Part shown: positions 54,063-61,597 of the stretch, piece by piece
Layout: each line of letters opens with the position of its first letter
Position numbering within the stretch: position 1 is the stretch's first letter
From: Candidatus Multivoradales bacterium
Lineage (GTDB): Bacteria; Acidobacteriota; Thermoanaerobaculia; Multivoradales; J023
Assembly: GCA_965248925.1 (NCBI GenBank)
Contig: CBDFLE010000006.1
Span: forward strand, 4,960,001 to 5,024,000
Reading direction: 5' to 3'
Length of the DNA: 64,000 bases
Notes under the pieces: generated by a model
Database searches by the model: none
Told to the model about the DNA's origin: nothing
What the model saw: only the letters and a program-made list of their open reading frames with translations
Translations under genes and position numbers: made by a program

Positions 54063-56710
54063 GGGGTCTCTCCTTGGGAGCGAATCGCGGCGTAAAGCAG
54101 TTCGAGCCGACGTTTGAGCTGCACCAGAGCTTGCTCGATCGGCGTCGAGGAGTCGAGGGCGGGGAAGGGGGGCAGCTCGATGCTGCCCAAGCGTCGACTG
54201 ATCGGCTCGGCCCCGCCACCGTCGGCTGGGGGTGATGTTGGCCGCGGCTTGGGGATCTCCAAGATATTGCTGGGCTTTCGAGTGTTGAGTGTCCCTCGCC
54301 GCCGGCGGCCACCGCGCTTCTCCAGGGCGCGGTCAAAGGCCGCCACCAGTTCAACGGTCGGGGTCAGCGGCGCTTGCCAGTGGCGTACTGAGGCCATGCC
54401 CCCAGCGTAGTCGAAATCGGCGCCGGTCGGGTGGCCGGCCGAGACCAGGCGCTGTTCGGTGATGTAGTGGCAGCTGTTGCAGCGGGTGGCGCGAACCGGC
54501 AGATCCTTGAGCCTCACCATGCCGATCTCGAGGGCCTTCAAGTAGCCAGGGCGGCGCGTGCCGAGGGCCTTATCACCTTCTTGATGTGGTTCCAGATAGT
54601 CCCCCGCTGGACCGTGGCAACTCTCACAACCGACCCCGGCTTGCGCTTCGCGGCGCTCCTTGCCGGTGACCACTGAGCCGTGGCAATCCATGCAGATCTG
54701 ATTGCCGCGGGTGATCTCGCCGCTCGCCAAGCCGAATAAGCGAGCGATGCGAAGAGCCTTGGGGTCGCCGCTGAGGAGACCGTCAGCGGAGCTGTAGTGG
54801 CGATCGTCAAACCACCAGGCATTCTCCTCCTTGTGGCAACCGCTGCAAGCGCCAGGGCCTCGGCTGGCGTGGGGTGAGAGTGGATGAACGCGAGTGTTCT
54901 TGGCTCCCACCACCTTGGCTTGCACAGCTCTTTCGCTAGTCTGCTCACTGGTCGGTGGAGTCGCCGTGGCCGATTCGTCAGCTGGTTGGGTCGCTGGATC
55001 CTCGCTGGTGGCAGGGGCCGGCTCAGCCAGGGGGTTCAACAGCGTTGGATCGCGGGCTGGCACCGGTCCCCGCTCGGCCAGGGCGCTGCTGAAGGCGGCT
55101 TGCAGAACCGTCGAGGAGGCCAACGGGTGCTGCCAGTGGCGCACTCGCGCCATGCCGCCGACAAAGTCGAAATCGTTGCCGTCGGGATGGCCGGTGGCGA
55201 TCAGCTTGCGGTCGGTGATGTAGTGACAGCTGGTGCAGGTCTGGGCACGGCGTGCGTGATCCTTGAGTTCGGTCATGCCCAGGCCGAGGGCGGCGATGTA
55301 GCCCGGACGCTTCAGGCCGAGGGCCTTGTCGCCCTCGCGATGGGCTTCGATGTAGCCGCCGGCCGGGCCATGGCAGCTCTCACAGCTGGCGCCGTCCTGG
55401 ACTTCGCGGGCCAGTTTGGCCGAAGCCGCGGTGCCATGGCAGCCCATGCAGGCCGATGTGCCGCGGGCCATCTCCTCCGCGCTCAAACCATAGAGCCTGG
55501 CGATCTCCAAGTTGCGCGGCTCTCGATCGAGAAAGGGCTCGATCGAAGCAGCGTGCGGATCCTCGAGCCACCAAACGTTCTGCTCAGCATGGCAGCCGCT
55601 GCAGGCGGCCTGGCCCAGGGTCGGAAAGTCGTGGCTGACCGGGCGTGGTCCGATGCTTGGAGTGGGGGCGGTGGTAGCGCTCCGAGTGCCGCCAGAGCCG
55701 TTTTCGGCGCGGGCCACCGGCGCGGCGGTACCGTCGAGCAGTGGATCGAGGGCAGCGAGCTGTTGGCCGTCGTGGCGGTCGAGCAGGCGGCGGCCGGCCT
55801 GGTCGATGCGGTCGGCGGCGGCCAGCAGCGCGGTGCGGTTGTCGAGTCCGACGGTCAGGCCGCGTACCGCCTTCAGCATCTCATCGACTTCGCTGAGTTC
55901 GACGCTGGTCGCAATCGCCCGCAGCTCGGCGGCGGCATTGCGCTGGCGGCGGGTCATCGCTTTCAGGTAGATCCCCGGCCGGCTGGCGGCGGCCACCCCG
56001 CGCAAGCTGTACTCGAGGTCCAGGGTGCGGCCGACCACATACATCAGCCGTCGCCGCGCCGCGCCGCGCAGGGCGTTGTCGCTGCCGTCGCCGTTGAGAA
56101 AGCTGGTCAGGAAGTTGTGGCGGATGTCGCCCTGGGTCCACTCGACCAGCTCAAAACCGCCGCTGCCGCTGGTATGACCGCCAATATTGACCAGGCCCTC
56201 GTAGGGCACCGTGTGGCAAGCGAAACAAGTGGCCGCCACGTCGTAGAGGTCCGAGGGGCGCCGCATGCCAGCTTGACGGCTCTCAAGGATGCGCTGGGAG
56301 CGGTGCTCAGCGGTTTCGCTGCGGTGGTCAAGACCCTTGCCACCATAGTCGTTGTGCAGCTCGATCCACGACTTGCCGGCGCCGTGGCAGGACTCGCAGG
56401 ACACTCCCGATGCGGCCCGCACCTCATCCCCTTTCAGGGTCGGAGTGTAATGGCAATTCAGGCATAGGCTGTCGCGTTTGATCAGCTTGAAGCCCATTTT
56501 TTCGGCGATCTTGGTGGCGCTCTCTTTGCGGTGCAGAGTCTTGAAACCGGTGGCGTGGGGGGTTCGATTCCACACCTCGTATTCGGCGACGTGGCATTCG
56601 CCGCAAGCCTCGACTTGGGCGAAGTCCTGCGGCGGCTGGCGGGAGTAGGCTTCGGAACTCGGCTGAGCCAGGGCGCGGTGGGCGAGACCGCAGCCCAGCG
56701 CTAAGGCCAA
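54059..56710 (-). CDS. Exported dodecaheme cytochrome c made of three c554-like tetraheme modules
   Basis: Twelve CxxCH in three groups of four, each with CESCHG; signal peptide ending ALA. The start may be CTG 56755, overlapping the upstream stop. Confidence 0.92.
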   Translation of the reverse strand: MALALGCGLAHRALAQPSSEAYSRQPPQDFAQVEACGECHVAEYEVWNRTPHATGFKTLHRKESATKIAEKMGFKLIKRDSLCLNCHYTPTLKGDEVRAASGVSCESCHGAGKSWIELHNDYGGKGLDHRSETAEHRSQRILESRQAGMRRPSDLYDVAATCFACHTVPYEGLVNIGGHTSGSGGFELVEWTQGDIRHNFLTSFLNGDGSDNALRGAARRRLMYVVGRTLDLEYSLRGVAAASRPGIYLKAMTRRQRNAAAELRAIATSVELSEVDEMLKAVRGLTVGLDNRTALLAAADRIDQAGRRLLDRHDGQQLAALDPLLDGTAAPVARAENGSGGTRSATTAPTPSIGPRPVSHDFPTLGQAACSGCHAEQNVWWLEDPHAASIEPFLDREPRNLEIARLYGLSAEEMARGTSACMGCHGTAASAKLAREVQDGASCESCHGPAGGYIEAHREGDKALGLKRPGYIAALGLGMTELKDHARRAQTCTSCHYITDRKLIATGHPDGNDFDFVGGMARVRHWQHPLASSTVLQAAFSSALAERGPVPARDPTLLNPLAEPAPATSEDPATQPADESATATPPTSEQTSERAVQAKVVGAKNTRVHPLSPHASRGPGACSGCHKEENAWWFDDRHYSSADGLLSGDPKALRIARLFGLASGEITRGNQICMDCHGSVVTGKERREAQAGVGCESCHGPAGDYLEPHQEGDKALGTRRPGYLKALEIGMVRLKDLPVRATRCNSCHYITEQRLVSAGHPTGADFDYAGGMASVRHWQAPLTPTVELVAAFDRALEKRGGRRRRGTLNTRKPSNILEIPKPRPTSPPADGGGAEPISRRLGSIELPPFPALDSSTPIEQALVQLKRRLELLYAAIRSQGETP

Positions 56711-56751
56711 GCACCACAGAGCACGGGTCGGCGAAGCCAGGGACTCGTCGG

Positions 56752-58323
56752 TCAGAATTTCACCACCAACTCAAGGCGGCCGCCGAAGGGTGTTTGGTCG
56801 CCGCCGGCCCGCTGGCGTTGACTGATAAACGCGTCAGTGACCACCAGCACTCGACGACCGAAGGCGGCTTGGTAGCGCGCGGTCAGACCGTAGGAGTCCT
56901 CGACCGCGTCTTCCAGTCCCAGCCGAGCGGCAACTTCGACCACCAGCTGCCGTCGGCTGTGGCCGAGAAACTTCTGGTAGCCGATAGCTCCGCCGACCAC
57001 ATCTTGCGCCAGATTGCTCAGTGGAGCGCCGTAGCTACCCAGGCCGACCGCCGCGAAGTTGATGCCGACGCGGCCCAAAGGGCCACCGGCCGCGGGGCCG
57101 CGAGCTGCCGAGGAAAAACGGTCGAAGGCCACGAAGTTGTTGATGTAGAAAAGATCCGAAGTGTAGGCCGGGGTCCACGAAAGTTCACTCATCAACAGAG
57201 TGCCATTGCCGCTGAATGGGGTTTCTTCATCGATGGCGAACGAACTCAGCAGGCGGAACGAAGAGCTGGTCTTGCCGAAGCGTTGCACCGCCGAGATTCC
57301 GGCCACTGCCAGGTCGCCCGCCAGGCTGTCGGAGCGCACGTAGGCGAGGTCGACATCGAAGGTCGAGCGTGCGGTGTCGGTCGAGGTGAACAGGGCGAAG
57401 AGTTGGGCGTCCTTGTCTTCTACATTGCCACCTGCCACAGAGCCACGGTGAAGATTGTCCCAACCGTAGAAGAAGGTGGCGCGGAAGTTGGAAGTGTTGG
57501 CTGGCAGCAGGGTGTTGCGGGTGAAGCCGATACCGTCGATGGTGTCGGCGATCAACAATCCTTCCTGAAAAGATATCGGCTGGCGGCCGATCGAGAAGCC
57601 TACATCCAGCGCACCAAAATCCTCACGGTCGAGGTTGGGGAAGATCTCGCCGATGTCACCTTCGAAGTAAAGACTGCTGATTTCGGCATTGAGTTCGCTC
57701 TCGAATTCTCCGTCGAGATTGGCGTCGGGATGCTCGAAGAAGTAGCTGGTAAAGCGCCCGTCCTCGTCGAGAGCCCGCAAGCCCACCACCAGACGTTCGC
57801 TGCCCGACAGTTGCAGGTTGAAGAAGAGGTCGAGCCGATTGGCCCACTCAGTCACCCTCCCCTCGACTCCTTGCAAGTCCGGTTCGAAGGTCTGAATGGC
57901 GCTGCGAAAGGTGCCGAAGGCGAGCAGCGAGGGCTGCCAGACGGCACCGGTGGGCAGGCGAAAACCCGGTTTCAGAGTGCCTGTGCCGAGGAATGGCTCG
58001 CCGAGTTCCAGCAGTGGTTTCGGGCGCTGCGGGAAGCCTTCGAGCTGTAAGGGAATCTCCTCGTCGGAAAAGCGACTCGAATGTCCCCCTTTGCCGTGCT
58101 CCTCCCTGTCTTCTCCGCTATGTTCTTTCTTGGCCTGCTCCGCGTCGCCTTGATCATCCGCGGTCGACTCGCCGCTGTGCGGATCAGTGGAGGAGGGAGT
58201 GGGGTCGTTGGCGGCGTTGGTGGGAGCGGCGAGCAGCAGCAGAATCACCAGAGCAGCATCGATCCACAGCCAGCTCGCTGGCTGGCGACCGCGGGCGGCG
58301 AGAGAGTTGCCGCGATGCTTCAT
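56752..58323 (-). CDS. Putative outer-membrane beta-barrel (porin-like) protein
   Basis: Signal peptide, alternating amphipathic strands, IGRQ motif, C-terminal RLELVVKF with terminal Phe; ATG overlaps the upstream stop. Confidence 0.75.
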   Translation of the reverse strand: MKHRGNSLAARGRQPASWLWIDAALVILLLLAAPTNAANDPTPSSTDPHSGESTADDQGDAEQAKKEHSGEDREEHGKGGHSSRFSDEEIPLQLEGFPQRPKPLLELGEPFLGTGTLKPGFRLPTGAVWQPSLLAFGTFRSAIQTFEPDLQGVEGRVTEWANRLDLFFNLQLSGSERLVVGLRALDEDGRFTSYFFEHPDANLDGEFESELNAEISSLYFEGDIGEIFPNLDREDFGALDVGFSIGRQPISFQEGLLIADTIDGIGFTRNTLLPANTSNFRATFFYGWDNLHRGSVAGGNVEDKDAQLFALFTSTDTARSTFDVDLAYVRSDSLAGDLAVAGISAVQRFGKTSSSFRLLSSFAIDEETPFSGNGTLLMSELSWTPAYTSDLFYINNFVAFDRFSSAARGPAAGGPLGRVGINFAAVGLGSYGAPLSNLAQDVVGGAIGYQKFLGHSRRQLVVEVAARLGLEDAVEDSYGLTARYQAAFGRRVLVVTDAFISQRQRAGGDQTPFGGRLELVVKF

Positions 58324-60185
58324 CTTGTGCTCGCTGGCGCGCTGCCGCTTGTGGGTTGATGGTTGGTATTCGCTACCGGAATCTCCAGATCGGTTTCCCA
58401 CAGCACCTGATGCCCTTCTACCACCCGATCGGCCACTTCGCGGGGGCTCAGGAAGTAGTCAAAACCGACAATCTTGATCTCGTTCACCAGGTTGACCGGG
58501 ATCATTCCCGCAATCAGCTGGATGCGCGCCTTATAAGGTGCCTTGCCGGTCAGCTGCTCGGGCCGGATTCGGTACTTGCCGACCCGCTTGCCGCCAGGTG
58601 AAATGCCTCTCTTATGCTTGCGCACCCCAGCCGGTCGGCCGGTGAGAATGGTGGAAGAAGTAGAAGGGCGCAAGAAGGGCAGAGGGTCGGGCGAGTAATT
58701 CAGTGCCAATACTTGCTCGCGCTCGCCGCCGCGAGCCATGCGGGTCATGAATTTGGCTTGCAGACTCAGCAAGTCGCGATCCAGCGGTAGTTCGCCATTG
58801 TGAACATACAGCGAATGTAGGTCGCGAATGTCGCCGTTGGGGTCGAGGTCGCCAGAGCGGTAAACCACCTGGCCGTCGCTGTCGGCTACCGTGACCCGCA
58901 CAAACACCAGTCGTTCGGCGTCGAAGCCGGTTGGCACACTGTGGCCGTTGGTGGCGTTGAGCACCTCGACCTCGAACACCACTCCCCGTTTGGAGTCGGC
59001 CCGGCGGACGGAAATATCGCCGAATTGATAACCGTTTTGCAGGATCTTGAGCCGGTCGCGATCGGCTTCGGCGAGTAGCTCCAGATTGTCGTCGAGAATG
59101 TCGCGCGCATCATAGCGATCGTCGATCGCCGACCAGCGCGGGGGAAATTCGAAGTCCTCAGGCTTGCTGTCTTCGAACTCATCCGTACCCCAGCCGTCGC
59201 GCCACTCGAAGCTCAACCACTCGCGAATGGTGGCTAGCTCCGAAGCCTTGATGTTGTGCGGGAAGATACCGGGGTGGATTACCGAGTAGTCGGGGCCGAT
59301 GAACATGTGGTTGGTGCGTTTGCGCGGCGCGGTCGTCCGCGAGCCGACCAGCGCCGCCGGGGCTTCGGCATAGCCCGAATCGACCCCCGGCACAGTGCTC
59401 ATGTGGCAATCCTGGCAGGACACCCCTTCCTTCGCCGCCGGCGAATGTTTGAATTCGCTGAAGGCTTCCTCAAGGCGAAAACCGTTGACCAGGTTGACAT
59501 CGTGGCAGGTGCCGCAAAAACCTGAAGCGCTGAGTTGAAAGAACTTCTGCGCCTCGGTGTGGATCGCCCGCCCGGCCTTGCCGCGGACCGTGTTGACCCG
59601 GAACTCACTGCTGTTGATCACCCGCTCCAGTTCGTCATTGCCGCTGGGGCCGTACACCGGTTCGAAGAGATCTCCTTCGACAATCGCCAGCCGGCCGCTG
59701 AGCTTGCCGTAGGCCTTGTTGACCCGGTGGCAGACGATACAAGTGACCCCCTCGCGCGATGTTGGATGGCGGTCCATATTGCTCATGAACTCAGGTTCGC
59801 CCAGGTTCATCCCCACCGGCGTGTGGCAGCGGATGCAGAAGTCGCCGTTGGTGCCGTTGGTGATCTTCAGCACCGTGCCGTGAAAAGCGTTGAAAACCGG
59901 GCTCATCTGCGAGTAGGCGTGGGGCGAGACCGACCACTCACGGTAGTGATCAGGGTGGCAGGTGCCGCAAGTCGTAGCGGCTGGAAAGCGGTTCTCCAAG
60001 AACAACAGCTCGTGCTCCTGGTCGGTCGTCGTGGGGGTGTCGGCTTCACTGCTGTCCTGGGCCGCGACCCCTAGCACGAAGAGTGATGGCAGAATTAGCA
60101 ACAGCCATAGCCACCCCTCTCGCTGCTGCCCTGGGCCGCTCCTTGGGTGTCTTCCGTCGCCGCTCCGGATCGCCTGCTCAGTCAT
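58320..60185 (-). CDS. Exported pentaheme cytochrome c (c554-like N-domain plus beta-rich C-domain)
   Basis: CGTCH, CIRCH, CIVCH, CGTCH, CQDCH; W..SPHA, EGVTC, NH.F.G and GHSVPTG motifs; signal peptide. Confidence 0.92.
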   Translation of the reverse strand: MTEQAIRSGDGRHPRSGPGQQREGWLWLLLILPSLFVLGVAAQDSSEADTPTTTDQEHELLFLENRFPAATTCGTCHPDHYREWSVSPHAYSQMSPVFNAFHGTVLKITNGTNGDFCIRCHTPVGMNLGEPEFMSNMDRHPTSREGVTCIVCHRVNKAYGKLSGRLAIVEGDLFEPVYGPSGNDELERVINSSEFRVNTVRGKAGRAIHTEAQKFFQLSASGFCGTCHDVNLVNGFRLEEAFSEFKHSPAAKEGVSCQDCHMSTVPGVDSGYAEAPAALVGSRTTAPRKRTNHMFIGPDYSVIHPGIFPHNIKASELATIREWLSFEWRDGWGTDEFEDSKPEDFEFPPRWSAIDDRYDARDILDDNLELLAEADRDRLKILQNGYQFGDISVRRADSKRGVVFEVEVLNATNGHSVPTGFDAERLVFVRVTVADSDGQVVYRSGDLDPNGDIRDLHSLYVHNGELPLDRDLLSLQAKFMTRMARGGEREQVLALNYSPDPLPFLRPSTSSTILTGRPAGVRKHKRGISPGGKRVGKYRIRPEQLTGKAPYKARIQLIAGMIPVNLVNEIKIVGFDYFLSPREVADRVVEGHQVLWETDLEIPVANTNHQPTSGSAPASTR

Positions 60186-60367
60186 ACCAACACCGCCTTC
60201 CAGTGGCGCCTTCCAGTAGCGCCTCATATGCGATCAGCTGCATATCTAGTTGCTTATGTGGCTGGATGATAACGGCTTCCGCCCTCGTTGGCCAGATTGC
60301 GGAAGGACCATTTAGGCTCTATCGACGGCGAGTTGGTAGCTGCCCATATTTGTGCGAAGATGGTTTT

Positions 60368-60655
60368 ATGCGAACCACCATCGATTTGCCGAGTCGCTTG
60401 CTGCGCCAGGCCAAGGCTCGGGCGGCTCTGGATGGCACGACTCTCAAGCAGCTGGTGACGCGGTGGGTGGAGCAGGGCTTGAAGCGGGCAACGGATCCCG
60501 GCCTGGCCGCGCCCCAGCGCCAGCGGAGCGAGCTGCCGGTCGCCCGGTCGGCCACCGGCAGGCTACTGCCCAACCTGACCAATGCGGACCTCCACCAGAT
60601 TCTCACCGACGAAGAGATCGCCCGTAGTGAGACCACTGAGATCTCCGGTGGGTGA
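60368..60655 (+). CDS. Ribbon-helix-helix antitoxin (VapB-like)
   Basis: MRTTIDLP..LLRQAKARAA..G.TLK.LV..GL. Confidence 0.85.
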   Translation: MRTTIDLPSRLLRQAKARAALDGTTLKQLVTRWVEQGLKRATDPGLAAPQRQRSELPVARSATGRLLPNLTNADLHQILTDEEIARSETTEISGG

Positions 60656-61085
60656 AACCACCGACCTGCTCGACGTCAACGTCTGGTTGGCGCTCAGCCT
60701 ACCCGACCATCCCCACCACTCGCGGGCCAAACGCTATTGGTTCAACGAATCGGGACTCGAGCTGGCCTTTTGCAGAATCACTGCGGTAGGTTTTCTGCGG
60801 CTATGCACTCAGCCAGCGGTGATGGGAGGAAGGCCGCTCAGCGTGGGTCAGGCTTGGCAGGCCTACCGAGCTTTCTGCGGTTTGCCGGAAGTTGTATTCG
60901 CCGCCGAGCCGGCCGGTTGTGAATCGCGCTTGCAGGATTGGGCAATGTCAGGCAACCCTGCGGCACGCTTGTGGAACGACTCCTATCTCGCCGCTTTTGC
61001 GGTTGCCGGCGCCTTTCGCCTGGTCAGCTTCGATGGCGATTTCACTCGCTTTGCAGACCTCGATCTCTGGCGACTCGAAGGCTGA
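60648..61085 (+). CDS. vapC: VapC family PIN ribonuclease
   Basis: LLDVNVWLAL..HPHH, GFLRL.T, WNDSYLAAFA, LVSFDGDF. Confidence 0.9.
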   Translation: MGETTDLLDVNVWLALSLPDHPHHSRAKRYWFNESGLELAFCRITAVGFLRLCTQPAVMGGRPLSVGQAWQAYRAFCGLPEVVFAAEPAGCESRLQDWAMSGNPAARLWNDSYLAAFAVAGAFRLVSFDGDFTRFADLDLWRLEG

Positions 61086-61127
61086 GCCGCGAGGGGCTTT
61101 TGGGGACAGTTGGTCGACGCAAGAGCC

Positions 61128-61146
61128 CAGAACTCCTGACATACCC
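61128..61146. mobile_element. Orphan terminal inverted repeat of the same IS family
   Basis: CAGAACTCCTGACATACCC is the exact reverse complement of the IS right end (26713-26731); the sequence beyond it diverges. Confidence 0.8.
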
Positions 61147-61597
61147 CTCTTTGAAAAGGGGGGAATTACAGCGCCTCAGAGGCCGAAAATCCCGCCGATT
61201 TCTTCCACGCGCACACCCTGTAAGTGCTTGACCGGTCAGTGTTTAATCCCGTCGTGCCCATGATGGTGTCAGCTGACCATGCGGGGGCACTGCGATGTCA
61301 AGGGGGCACTGGCGGGGCAGCACTCTGCCCCGCTGCCCCATGCTTCTCAACGGCGGGCCACACGAAACCGGTTGATGCAGAAGTCTGCGAGCTTCCGGCG
61401 CATGTGGCGTCCGTCGATGCGGTGGACCACATTGAGACGTGCTGTCAAGGCACGCTGGCGGCCCAACGGGTCGGCAACAAAGCGACGTGCGCGGTGACCT
61501 GAAAGGGCAACCGCATCTAATCTGGGTCAGGCTCTCGAAAGACCAAGGAACCAGATTGCTACTCCGAAAGATTGTGCTTGACAGTACCGACCGACTC

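Noticed and set aside
54884-56467. 527-aa plus-strand ORF, and similar long antisense ORFs (1282-2394, 49944-51197, 56794-58050, 24046-24957, 61243-62352)
   Set aside because: Shadows of well-supported genes on the opposite strand in GC-rich DNA; no motifs of their own.
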